Source of the DNA: Flavobacteriales bacterium
GTDB lineage: Bacteria; Bacteroidota; Bacteroidia; Palsa-965
Reading direction: 5' to 3'
Assembly (NCBI GenBank): GCA_040377305.1
Contig: JBEIPA010000004.1
Coordinates: forward strand, 96,001 to 160,000
DNA: 64,000 nucleotides
Of the stretch, positions 48,501 to 57,438 are shown in pieces. Positions within the stretch are counted from its first letter, which is position 1, and each line of letters opens with the position of its first letter. The notes under the pieces are model-generated. The model worked only from the letters and a program-made list of their open reading frames with translations. It had not been told where the DNA came from and searched no databases. The position numbers and the translations under genes are program-made.

Positions 48501-49002
48501 GCTGGCTTTTTACCTCGATTTGAATGATGACAACGGATTCATTGACACAACCGGGAAAAAACAAGTTTCCATTCACAGATGCGTGGGCGCAACCCCATTT
48601 GTAGAGAATAAAACTGCTGTCCGATTCATGGAAAAAGAGAAAACCTGGTTCCACGTTTATTCGCGATTCGGGCACCGCATTTCGAGGGAAAAGTATGCTG
48701 CCGTACACCCTTATTACCATGGAGCCGCTCCTGTAAAAGTGGGATTGTATTGGGGCCTTCTCAACTTCTCCGGGCGTTATCTGATCAAGCCTTGCTTCTC
48801 GCAAATGAGTGAGTTTCAGGATGGTGTTTCCATTGTTCAACGCAACTGTACGTTTGGTATCTACACCTTGAACGGTCAACAACTCTTGCCCGCCGAATAC
48901 GATGTGATCAAGGCCGAAGGAGCTGTGATCCGACTACAGCGAAACAACGAGATCGGCTATCTCCACACCGACGGTCGGGCATTCTGGCCCATGCAGGACT
49001 AA
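45565..49002 (+). CDS. WG-repeat (KWG-type) protein
   Basis: Many KWG.ID..G...I.P.YD....F.EG repeats; ATGA overlap with the lipoprotein gene. Confidence 0.9.
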   Translation: MSRWSRHIAVVVLCGFVELLNAQFLTRSVVPATPPPPNPTPIVNWVPVKVDGLWGYADTSGQIRIAPLFNAAESFIGSYAVVQKGNKAFVIDTAGTILTPAGHDQIAQLDDSVFAVYKNSGEFGEGGWGAEKIGGQEIVPMQYDNIARTSLTVYRCTQDSLMGFFNRNGTLIAPARYDTGWVFNSTFIALKRKRLIGVNTELGVKVLPDSCSRVKALNSTTVAGAKQKKWGAGKNNGARLIPFEYDSIGGFSIYFASAVRNDTVEVYATHTASRKVDGKYIHAVPFGATWAKAYTHSKKCAVIDSAGNIVVQPLYDDVQFAGNGTWAIVQNNKWGMIGKDGNVIIAPVYDNIQPFRNGMSIVFSGGLQGLINERGELLSKLANCSITIKGNTAKVVCPDNKVDYVKTDGQGNIIQRDEYEDVRIIKIGGDNSYRTKAGLPGAPQMGSSALAQSPRGDSLQWFYDFDVYLYGLRDAYLGDTLIQPTYSSVRKVGFGYTIVSVPKVSPGVILDGKQMKSGMVYGVFDDTTGKFVIEPQFTRLMPFSMHGDGSKTLFQCVRTDGMAGLISADGSERIVQASCIDKVNNGIAAFCVGGKWEMIEGGECRTNWAFFLKTYNIIDNGPFSNIFESENAAGRSVTHTGGKWGFMDAHGNVLVAPQYDAYEPSLSGTCIVKLGKKWGMIDTSGNTVVPFEFDMMRYLITKTDTLLQTQVNKVQMGCIDTLGNVVIPIANSKILALGENRIAVCNANRWEVARTNGEVLTHAQYLEIRPYSEGFAAVRIGRKWGLIDTSGTEVVAPMYDDIGQFSEGMCAVKLGLKWGYINGSGSTRIDHLYAVALPFFRGVAPVKLKSSYGLIDREGKTIAKHNYALIEHIPGSTVFSYRLEGQNGMMSPTGKVLTTARYHKFKDIGENLIAYQEGLYWGIMDTLGRKVSQAMYDKVGIFGDGLCPVSYQGQWGFIKPNGFYKVNPRYRAVSRFGSGLAFYLDLNDDNGFIDTTGKKQVSIHRCVGATPFVENKTAVRFMEKEKTWFHVYSRFGHRISREKYAAVHPYYHGAAPVKVGLYWGLLNFSGRYLIKPCFSQMSEFQDGVSIVQRNCTFGIYTLNGQQLLPAEYDVIKAEGAVIRLQRNNEIGYLHTDGRAFWPMQD

Positions 49003-49164
49003 TCTCTGCGCCAAACCTGCAGATTTCCCTCACGAACGGGAACTTTTTCAAGACCATTTTTCGCCCGTTTTTCCGCATTAATGCCTATTTTTACCCCGCC
49101 CGAAAATCGCCTGACTTCTGAATAGATTTTAACAACTTTCGAGGCCGTTTTTAATAGCGCATTT

Positions 49165-49560
49165 ATGACCAATTCCGCACAGGATTATCTCCCGATTGTC
49201 TACACTCTACTCGTAGCAGCCGGATTTGTCGTAACAACGATGTTTGCGACACACAAACTGGGGCCGAAACGCGACACCAAGAAAAAATTAGAATCATTCG
49301 AGTGCGGAATCGACGTTCAAGGGAACGCGCGTATTCCGTTTTCGGTTAAGTATTTCCTCGTAGCCATCCTTTTTGTGCTGTTTGACGTGGAAGTAATTTT
49401 TATGTATCCGTGGGCCGTGAATTTCAGAGACCCCGATGGGGCCGGTCCATTAACTGGCTTGGGTATTGTAGGATTCATTGAGATGATATCGTTTATGGCA
49501 TTCCTGATGGTGGGCTTTTACTACATCATCAAGAAGGGCGCATTGAAGTGGGAAGATTAA
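49165..49560 (+). CDS. nuoA: NADH-quinone oxidoreductase subunit A
   Basis: FECG and FVLFDVE motifs; operon context. Confidence 0.96.
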   Translation: MTNSAQDYLPIVYTLLVAAGFVVTTMFATHKLGPKRDTKKKLESFECGIDVQGNARIPFSVKYFLVAILFVLFDVEVIFMYPWAVNFRDPDGAGPLTGLGIVGFIEMISFMAFLMVGFYYIIKKGALKWED

Positions 49561-49581
49561 TTAACGAGGGAGGAAAAGAAC

Positions 49582-50139
49582 ATGTCTGAAATCACAAGAA
49601 CAAAAATGCAAATGGCGAAGTCGCCGGAGGGCCTTGAAGGTCCAGGCTTCTTCCTCACGTCAATGGAAAAAGCAGTTGGACTTGCACGCAAGAATTCCAT
49701 CTGGCCACTTCCATTCGCAACATCTTGCTGTGGAATTGAATTCATGGCAACAATGGCTTCGCATTACGACTTAGGACGTTTTGGTTCTGAGCGTTTGAGC
49801 TTCTCTCCTCGTCAGGCCGATTTGCTGATGGTGATGGGAACCATCGCGAAAAAAATGGGCCCTGTGTTGAAACAAGTGTACGAGCAAATGGCTGAACCAC
49901 GCTGGGTACTGAGTATGGGCGCGTGTGCAAGCAGCGGTGGAATATTTGATACATACAGCGTACTGCAGGGAATCGATCGCATCATTCCGGTTGACGTTTA
50001 CATTCCGGGATGTCCTCCACGACCGGAGCAAGTGATCGAAGGTCTGATGAAAATTCAGGACCTTGTTGGAAACGAGTCATTACGCCGTCGTAACTCACCG
50101 GAGTACAAGTCGCTCATGAATAAATACGGAATCGAATAA
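49582..50139 (+). CDS. nuoB: NADH-quinone oxidoreductase subunit B
   Basis: SCCGIE, SPRQAD, GCPPRPE. Confidence 0.97.
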   Translation: MSEITRTKMQMAKSPEGLEGPGFFLTSMEKAVGLARKNSIWPLPFATSCCGIEFMATMASHYDLGRFGSERLSFSPRQADLLMVMGTIAKKMGPVLKQVYEQMAEPRWVLSMGACASSGGIFDTYSVLQGIDRIIPVDVYIPGCPPRPEQVIEGLMKIQDLVGNESLRRRNSPEYKSLMNKYGIE

Positions 50140-50144
50140 CCGCT

Positions 50145-50672
50145 ATGGCAGTTCTCACTCCCGAACAAACAATGGCGTTGCACGATGAAGTGCTCGCTGC
50201 TCTCAAAGGAAAATTCGGAGAAGGAATTCTCTCTTCTTCCTGCGAATATGATTTCCCGGTGTTCGTTGTCGACAAAGACATCATGCACGATGTTTTGGTT
50301 TTTGTAAAAGAAACGCCGTCGCTCAATTATCATTTCCTGACCACAATGTGCGCAATGAATTATCCGGAGAAAACGGGAAATGAATTTGCGATGATGTATC
50401 AGCTCCACAACATGCCGGAGAACAAACGCATTCGTTTCAAAACATTTATTCCGGAACAGAAACTCGAGATCGCAACGATCACCGATATCTGGCCGGCGGC
50501 AAACTGGATGGAACGTCAGGAGTACGATTTCTTCGGCGTGAATTTCATCGGTCATCCGAACCTCATCCGCATTCTCAACATGGAAGACATCACTTTCTTC
50601 CCTATGCGTAAAGATTTTGCATTGGAAGATCCAACGCGCGACGATAAAAACGATTCAATGTTCGGCCGATAA
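50145..50672 (+). CDS. nuoC: NADH-quinone oxidoreductase subunit C
   Basis: [21 protein letters not shown] and PMRKDF. Confidence 0.96.
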   Translation: MAVLTPEQTMALHDEVLAALKGKFGEGILSSSCEYDFPVFVVDKDIMHDVLVFVKETPSLNYHFLTTMCAMNYPEKTGNEFAMMYQLHNMPENKRIRFKTFIPEQKLEIATITDIWPAANWMERQEYDFFGVNFIGHPNLIRILNMEDITFFPMRKDFALEDPTRDDKNDSMFGR

Positions 50673-50674
50673 TC

Positions 50675-51889
50675 ATGAGCGAATTCCAGAACATACAAGA
50701 AGAACAAAAGGCCGAAGAGAAAGAGTACACCACACTCAACCTCGGACCAACACACCCTGCTACGCATGGAATTTTCCAGAACGTATTGCAGATGGACGGA
50801 GAAATTATCCGTGATGCTGTTCCCACAATCGGATACATTCACCGCGCATTCGAGAAACTCGCTGAGCGTCGTCCGTATGCACAGATTACTGTCCTGACCG
50901 ATCGTCTCAACTACTGTTCATCTCCCATCAACAATATGGGATGGGAAATGACCGTGGAGAAATTGCTCAACGTGAAACTTCCGAAGCGCGTAGAACACAT
51001 GCGCGTTGTGATTATGGAATTGGCGCGTATTGCCGATCACATCATCTGCAACTCAGTTGTTGGTGTTGACACCGGCGCACTCACAGGATTCACGTACATC
51101 TTCCAGTGGCGCGAAAAGATTTACGAAATCTTCGAAGACATTTGCGGTGCACGCCTGACCACGAACATCGGTCGCATCGGCGGATTCGAACGTCAATGGC
51201 CCGATAAAGTGTGGGCGAAAATTGACGACTTCCTCAAGAAGTTTCCGAAGATTCTGAAAGAGTTCGAAAGCCTGTTGATGCGCAACCGCATTTTCATGGA
51301 TCGTACAATCGGTGCAGGACCAATCAAACCGGAACGTGCACTCGAGTACGGTTTCACAGGACCAAACCTTCGTGCTGCAGGATTAGACTATGATGTTCGC
51401 GTAACAAATCCATATTCATCGTACGAAGATTTCAAGTTTGATATTCCAATCGGAAAAGAAGGAGATGTTTACGATCGCTTCATGGTGCGTGAGCATGAAA
51501 TGTGGCAATCGCTCAGTATCATCGAACAGGCAATGAAGATGATCGATCGCAAAGAGCCTGTGTTCCACGCTGATGTTCCTGATTTCTTCCTTCCACCGAA
51601 AGAGAAAGTGTACAACGATATGGAAGCACTCATCTATCACTTCAAGATTGTGATGGGCGAAATGGACATTCCGGTTGGCAACGTTTATCATGCTGTTGAA
51701 GGCGGTAACGGAGAACTAGGATTTTACCTCGAGAGTGATGGCGGTCGCACACCGTATCGTCTTCACTTCCGCAGACCATGTTTTATTTATTACCAGGCAT
51801 ATCCTGAGTTGATCAAAGGATCAATGTTGTCGGATGCAATTCTGACAATGAGCTCAATGAATGTTATCGCTGGAGAATTAGACGCATAA
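50675..51889 (+). CDS. nuoD: NADH-quinone oxidoreductase subunit D
   Basis: [24 protein letters not shown]. Confidence 0.97.
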   Translation: MSEFQNIQEEQKAEEKEYTTLNLGPTHPATHGIFQNVLQMDGEIIRDAVPTIGYIHRAFEKLAERRPYAQITVLTDRLNYCSSPINNMGWEMTVEKLLNVKLPKRVEHMRVVIMELARIADHIICNSVVGVDTGALTGFTYIFQWREKIYEIFEDICGARLTTNIGRIGGFERQWPDKVWAKIDDFLKKFPKILKEFESLLMRNRIFMDRTIGAGPIKPERALEYGFTGPNLRAAGLDYDVRVTNPYSSYEDFKFDIPIGKEGDVYDRFMVREHEMWQSLSIIEQAMKMIDRKEPVFHADVPDFFLPPKEKVYNDMEALIYHFKIVMGEMDIPVGNVYHAVEGGNGELGFYLESDGGRTPYRLHFRRPCFIYYQAYPELIKGSMLSDAILTMSSMNVIAGELDA

Positions 51890-51903
51890 AACGACAACAA
51901 TTT

Positions 51904-52443
51904 ATGTCGAAGAAAGAAATAAAATTCAGTGACGAAACGTATGCGTTGATTCAGCGCATCATGCGTCGCTACCCGGAAGGAAAGCAGAAGTCTGCAATTC
52001 TTCCTGCGCTTCATTTGGCGCAAATGGAATTTGAAGGATGGCTGGCTCCTGAAGTAATGGATTACGTTGCGTCCATCCTGAAAATTAAACCAATCGAAGT
52101 CTACGAGGTGGCATCATTCTATTCGATGTTCAATCTCAAGCCGGTTGGAAAATGTGTGATTGAAGTTTGTCGTACCGGACCATGTTGGTTGCTCGGTGCT
52201 GAAGATCTCGTTCGTCACATTGAGAAGAAACTCAACATTCACGCTGGAGAAACAACTGCCGACGGAATGTTCACATTGAAAACGGTGGAGTGTCTCGCAG
52301 CATGCGGAACGGCTCCGGTTATTCAGTGCGGAGAAACGTATCACGAGAATATGACTGTTGAAAAAACAGATCAGATGATGAACGATTATCGCAGCAAAGG
52401 CGAGTTCGTAACGCACTGGGATAAAAAACACGTTAAAGCATAA
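51904..52443 (+). CDS. nuoE: NADH-quinone oxidoreductase subunit E
   Basis: VASFYSMF, CRTGPC, ECLAAC. Confidence 0.96.
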   Translation: MSKKEIKFSDETYALIQRIMRRYPEGKQKSAILPALHLAQMEFEGWLAPEVMDYVASILKIKPIEVYEVASFYSMFNLKPVGKCVIEVCRTGPCWLLGAEDLVRHIEKKLNIHAGETTADGMFTLKTVECLAACGTAPVIQCGETYHENMTVEKTDQMMNDYRSKGEFVTHWDKKHVKA

Positions 52444-52448
52444 CCGCA

Positions 52449-53795
52449 ATGGGAAAACAACTGCTGCTCGAACACATCGACGCTCCGGGAATTGCAACCC
52501 TGAACGGTTACAAAGCAAACGGCGGATATCGCGGGCTTGAGAAAGCACTCAAGATGAATCCTGCTGATATCGTTGAAGAAGTTAAGAAGTCTGGATTGCG
52601 CGGTCGCGGTGGTGCAGGATTTCCTACGGGAATGAAATGGAGCTTCATCGCAAAACCGGAAGGCGTTCCGCGTCACCTCGTTTGTAACGCAGACGAATCA
52701 GAGCCGGGAACTTTCAAAGATCGTTTCCTGATGGAGAAGAAACCGCACATTCTCATTGAGGGAATGATCATTTCTTCTTTCGCGCTCGGTGCAAACGTTT
52801 CGTACATCTACATCCGCGGAGAGTTGATGTATGTATACCACATTCTCGAAAAAGCAATTGCTGAAGCATACGAAGCAGGTTACCTCGGAAAGAACATCAT
52901 GGGAACAGGATACGATCTTGATCTCTACGTTCAGCCGGGTGGTGGCGCATACATCTGCGGAGAAGAAACGGCACTCATCGAATCACTTGAAGGAAAACGT
53001 GGCAACCCGCGCATCAAACCACCATTCCCCGCAGTAAGCGGTGTATGGGGACGTCCTACTGTTGTAAACAACGTGGAGACAATTGCAGCAACGGTTCCAA
53101 TTATCAACGACGGTGGTGAGGCGTACGCGAAGATCGGTATCGGTAAATCTACCGGAACCAAATTGATCTCTGCTTGCGGGCACATCAACAAACCCGGCGT
53201 ATATGAAATCGAGATGGGAATCACCGTGGAAGATTTCATTTACTCCAACGAATATTGCGGTGGAATTCGCAACGGAAAAAAACTGAAGGCAGTTGTTGCC
53301 GGCGGTTCTTCTGTTCCGATTCTTCCTGCTGATTTGATTCTCACCACTGCAAAAGGTGAAAAGCGTTTGATGAGTTACGAATCACTTGCCGATGGTGGTT
53401 TCCAATCGGGAACGATGCTCGGATCGGGTGGATTCATCGTGATGGACGAAACAGCTTCTGTTGTAAAGAACCTGTGGAATTTCACGCGCTTTTATCACCA
53501 CGAAAGTTGCGGACAATGTTCTCCTTGTCGCGAAGGAACAGGATGGATGGAAAAAATCCTCCACCGCATTCTCGACGGACACGGAAAACAAAGCGATGTT
53601 GATTTGCTCTGGGACATTCAAACCAAAATCGACGGAAAAACTATTTGTCCGTTGGGCGATGCAGCTTCATGGCCGGTAGCAAGTGCAATCCGTCACTTCC
53701 GTTCTGAATTCGAAGACTACATCAAGAATCCAGCGAACATCAAAGACGAAAAACATTACTACAATCTGCGCAACGAAAAAGCTCCGGTTGTTTAA
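52449..53795 (+). CDS. nuoF: NADH-quinone oxidoreductase subunit F
   Basis: GRGGAGF, NADESEPG, YICGEETAL, ESCGQCSPCREG. Confidence 0.98.
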   Translation: MGKQLLLEHIDAPGIATLNGYKANGGYRGLEKALKMNPADIVEEVKKSGLRGRGGAGFPTGMKWSFIAKPEGVPRHLVCNADESEPGTFKDRFLMEKKPHILIEGMIISSFALGANVSYIYIRGELMYVYHILEKAIAEAYEAGYLGKNIMGTGYDLDLYVQPGGGAYICGEETALIESLEGKRGNPRIKPPFPAVSGVWGRPTVVNNVETIAATVPIINDGGEAYAKIGIGKSTGTKLISACGHINKPGVYEIEMGITVEDFIYSNEYCGGIRNGKKLKAVVAGGSSVPILPADLILTTAKGEKRLMSYESLADGGFQSGTMLGSGGFIVMDETASVVKNLWNFTRFYHHESCGQCSPCREGTGWMEKILHRILDGHGKQSDVDLLWDIQTKIDGKTICPLGDAASWPVASAIRHFRSEFEDYIKNPANIKDEKHYYNLRNEKAPVV

Positions 53796-53853
53796 CAATA
53801 CACATTACATCTTTGTGTCTTTGTGCACTTAGTGGTAAAAAAGAAAATTAGAG

Positions 53854-54846
53854 ATGCCAATAGTAACGATAGACGGTAAGCAGATTGATGTTCCGAAAGG
53901 CACAACAATTTTACAAGCTGCCCGCATGCTCGGACAGGACGTTGCTCCACCGGCAATGTGTTATTACTCCAAGCTGAAAACATCCGGCGGTTATTGCCGC
54001 ACGTGCATCGTTCGCGTAACGAAGATGAACACGCAGAATCCAAATCCAATGCCGAAACCTGTTGCGTCTTGTCGCACAGAAGTAATGGACGGAATGGAAG
54101 TTGTGAATTTCACTTCTGAACAGGTGCTCGAAGATCGCAAAGGTGTTGTAGAGTTTCTGTTGATCAATCACCCGCTCGATTGCCCGGTGTGCGATCAGGC
54201 TGGAGAATGTCATCTCCAGGATCTCGGCTACGAAAACGGCGCAGAAGGAACACGCTACGATTTCGAACGCCGCGAGTTTGAAATGGAGGATATCGGTCCG
54301 TATATCAAACTACACATGAATCGCTGCATCCTGTGTTACCGTTGTGTGCACACTGCTGATCAGCTCACAGAGAAACGCGTTCACGGTGTAATGAATCGCG
54401 GAGATGTTTCTGAAATCTCAACATACATTCAGAATTCAATCGATAACGAATTCTCCGGAAATATCATTGACGTTTGTCCTGTAGGTGCGTTGACCGATAA
54501 AACATTCCGCTTCAAGAGCCGTGTTTGGTTTACGAAGCCGGTTGATGCGAATCGTAAATGCACAAAGTGTACAGGTAACGTTCGCCTCTGGTTCAAAGGA
54601 AACGAAGTGTTGCGCGTAACCGGTCGTAAAGACCAGTGGGGCGAAGTGATTGAATGGATCTGCAACGATTGCCGCTTCGATCACAAGAATCTTTCCGATT
54701 GGAATATCGAAGGACCAAGTGCAATCAGTCACCACTCGGTTATTTCACAAGGACATTACGAGTTGCAGAAACTCAAACTCGATACCGGACGCCAGATCAA
54801 GAATCTGAAAGAAGGAAAACAGAAAAAAGAATCCGCTAAGAAGTAA
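53854..54846 (+). CDS. nuoG: NADH-quinone oxidoreductase subunit G, short form (Fe-S part only)
   Basis: CRTC, HPLDCPVCDQAGEC, RCILCYRC, CPVGAL; 330 aa. Confidence 0.93.
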   Translation: MPIVTIDGKQIDVPKGTTILQAARMLGQDVAPPAMCYYSKLKTSGGYCRTCIVRVTKMNTQNPNPMPKPVASCRTEVMDGMEVVNFTSEQVLEDRKGVVEFLLINHPLDCPVCDQAGECHLQDLGYENGAEGTRYDFERREFEMEDIGPYIKLHMNRCILCYRCVHTADQLTEKRVHGVMNRGDVSEISTYIQNSIDNEFSGNIIDVCPVGALTDKTFRFKSRVWFTKPVDANRKCTKCTGNVRLWFKGNEVLRVTGRKDQWGEVIEWICNDCRFDHKNLSDWNIEGPSAISHHSVISQGHYELQKLKLDTGRQIKNLKEGKQKKESAKK

Positions 54847-54847
54847 T

Positions 54848-55909
54848 ATGCACAACCAAATCATACTCATGACGTTTTCCTGGTGGCCCGCGATTCTCGC
54901 AGTCATCGTGTTTGGCGTTACGCTGGTAACAGCAATGTATTCTACGTACGCGGAACGCAAGTTCGCTGCATTCTTTCAGGATCGTCTCGGACCAAACCGT
55001 GCAGGTCCTTTCGGATTACTTCAGCCGCTCGCAGATGGCGTGAAGATGTTCATGAAGGAAGAAATCATTCCGAGTGTATCGAATAAATTCCTCTTCATTC
55101 TCGGTCCTTGCTTGTTCATGATCACGTCGTTGATGACAAGCGCTGTAATTCCATGGGGTCCGGCGCTAACAATTGGTGGCGAGACTTACGCCTTGCAGGT
55201 TGCTGATGTAAACATTGCGGTGCTTTATCTCTTTGGTGTTGTTTCGATTGGAGTTTATGGAATCATGATCGGTGGTTGGGCATCGAACAACAAGTTTGCG
55301 CTCCTCGGTTCATTGCGTGCAGCATCGCAAATGATCAGCTACGAAGTGGCAATGGGAATTTCCGTTGTAACGCTCATCATGTTCACCGGCACGCTCAGCA
55401 CTTCTGAAATTGCAAATCAACAGCACGGGTTCTGGGACGACGGATTCTTCACTTGGAACTTCTTCAAGAATCCGGTTACGTTCCTCATCTTCTTCATTTG
55501 CGCGCTAGCTGAAACAAACCGCGCACCTTTCGATCTTCCGGAATCAGAAACAGAATTGATCGGTGGATATCACACCGAGTTCTCTTCTATGAAACTCGGC
55601 TTGTATCTCTTCGCTGAATACATTAACATGTTTGTTTCTTCTGCGGTCATGGCTTTATTCTTCTTCGGAGGATTCAACTACCCGTGGATGGACGAAATCG
55701 CAAATCCCAACGTGCAGGCACTCATTGGTGTTGGCGTCATGTTCGCGAAAACCGTATTCTTCATCTTCGTGTTCATGTGGATTCGCTGGACCATTCCGCG
55801 TTTCCGTTATGATCAGTTGATGCATCTCGGATGGAAAATATTAATCCCGTTCTCGTTGGTGAATCTTGTTGTACAAGGTTTCATTATGTACGGAATGGGG
55901 ATGTTGTAA
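54848..55909 (+). CDS. nuoH: NADH-quinone oxidoreductase subunit H
   Basis: GPFGLLQPLADGVK, ETNRAPFDL, PRFRYDQLM. Confidence 0.97.
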   Translation: MHNQIILMTFSWWPAILAVIVFGVTLVTAMYSTYAERKFAAFFQDRLGPNRAGPFGLLQPLADGVKMFMKEEIIPSVSNKFLFILGPCLFMITSLMTSAVIPWGPALTIGGETYALQVADVNIAVLYLFGVVSIGVYGIMIGGWASNNKFALLGSLRAASQMISYEVAMGISVVTLIMFTGTLSTSEIANQQHGFWDDGFFTWNFFKNPVTFLIFFICALAETNRAPFDLPESETELIGGYHTEFSSMKLGLYLFAEYINMFVSSAVMALFFFGGFNYPWMDEIANPNVQALIGVGVMFAKTVFFIFVFMWIRWTIPRFRYDQLMHLGWKILIPFSLVNLVVQGFIMYGMGML

Positions 55910-55960
55910 ACTTGCCCTGAGCTTGTAGAAGGGTTATAAATGTCAATTATCAAATCGTAA

Positions 55961-56578
55961 ATGATTCAGCTAACAAATAGATCGAAACAAGTTGTCGACA
56001 AGAAGATGACCTTCCTTGAGAAGCTCTATCTCCCGGCAATTCTTGGCGGAATGCGGATCACGTTTTCGCATTTTTTCAAAAAGTCGGTGACGATCAGTTA
56101 TCCCGAAGAGAAGCGACCTATCAGTGAAGTATATCGCGGGCAGCACGTACTGAAGCGCGATGAGAAAGGTGCGGAGCGTTGCACTGCGTGTGGTTTGTGC
56201 GCTGTGGCTTGTCCTGCTGAAGCAATCACCATGGTGGCTGCTGAGCGCAAGAAGGGCGAAGAACATTTGTACCGTGAAGAAAAATACGCTGCTGTTTACG
56301 ACATCAATATGCTCCGCTGCATTTTCTGCGGACTGTGTGAAGAAGCGTGTCCGAAAGAAGCGATCTTCCTTACCGATCGTCTCGTGCCTGTTGAATTTGA
56401 ACGCAGCGATTCTGTTTACGGAAAAGATAAGCTTGTAGAAGGAGTTGAACCGCAGAAGCGCATTGATGTTTCAAAACGCCAGACAACAGAAGTTGCCGAG
56501 TTTAAAACGAATCCGGAATACGCACACAATAAGTTGTGGGACCCGAATAAGTCGTTGACTAAAAAGAAAGCCCACTAA
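55961..56578 (+). CDS. nuoI: NADH-quinone oxidoreductase subunit I
   Basis: Two CxxCxxCxxxCP motifs. Confidence 0.96.
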   Translation: MIQLTNRSKQVVDKKMTFLEKLYLPAILGGMRITFSHFFKKSVTISYPEEKRPISEVYRGQHVLKRDEKGAERCTACGLCAVACPAEAITMVAAERKKGEEHLYREEKYAAVYDINMLRCIFCGLCEEACPKEAIFLTDRLVPVEFERSDSVYGKDKLVEGVEPQKRIDVSKRQTTEVAEFKTNPEYAHNKLWDPNKSLTKKKAH

Positions 56579-56596
56579 ACCGCATAGTTACCCGAT

Positions 56597-57106
56597 ATGA
56601 ATCTATCCGTTACTGAAATCCTATTTGGCATATTGTCGTTCATGGCGATACTGAGCGGGATCTGTGTAATCTTCAGCAAGAACCCGGTGTTCAGCGTGCT
56701 GTATCTGATTGTCACCTTCTTTTGCATCGCAGGACACTACATTCTGTTGAATGCGCAATTCCTTGCAGTGGTTCACATCATCGTGTATGGCGGAGCAATT
56801 ATGGTATTGTTCCTCTTCGTCATCATGATGCTCAACCTGAACAAAGAAACAGAACCGCATAAGCCGGCCTGGATTCAGATCGCTGCTGTAATCGGCGGAG
56901 GCATGCTCATGCTTACACTCGTTGGTGCTTTGAAAGGCGCTTCAGCAATGGGATTGCCAACCAACGTCGACTCAGGAATCGGACTCACACGAAACCTGGG
57001 CCAGGTACTCTTCACTGAATTTCTGGTACCATTCGAACTTTCATCCGTACTCTTCCTCTCAGCAATGGTTGGCGCCGTTCTGTTAGGTAAAAAACAAGCA
57101 CAATAA
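56597..57106 (+). CDS. nuoJ: NADH-quinone oxidoreductase subunit J
   Basis: NPVFS, VYGGAIMVLFLF, PFEL. Confidence 0.96.
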   Translation: MNLSVTEILFGILSFMAILSGICVIFSKNPVFSVLYLIVTFFCIAGHYILLNAQFLAVVHIIVYGGAIMVLFLFVIMMLNLNKETEPHKPAWIQIAAVIGGGMLMLTLVGALKGASAMGLPTNVDSGIGLTRNLGQVLFTEFLVPFELSSVLFLSAMVGAVLLGKKQAQ

Positions 57107-57107
57107 T

Positions 57108-57425
57108 ATGTCAGCAATACAGGTAATTCCTCTCAACTGGTACATCGCACTCAGCGCCATTCTTTTCGGAATGGGCGTAATGGGTGTTCTGTTCCGTCGT
57201 AACGCTATCATCATTCTTATGTGCGTCGAACTCATGCTGAATGCTGCGAACCTTTTGCTGGTTGCGTTTTCAGCGTATCATAACAACGCAGGCGCACAAG
57301 TGTTTGTGTTTTTCATCATGGCCGTAGCCGCAGCAGAAGTTGCAGTCGGACTAGCCATTCTGATCATGATCTATCGTAACACGAAAAGTACTGACATCAA
57401 CTTCCTCAATAAACTGAAGTGGTAA
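57108..57425 (+). CDS. nuoK: NADH-quinone oxidoreductase subunit K
   Basis: ELMLNA and AAAEVAVGL. Confidence 0.97.
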   Translation: MSAIQVIPLNWYIALSAILFGMGVMGVLFRRNAIIILMCVELMLNAANLLLVAFSAYHNNAGAQVFVFFIMAVAAAEVAVGLAILIMIYRNTKSTDINFLNKLKW

Positions 57426-57438
57426 TTCATTAAAGCGT

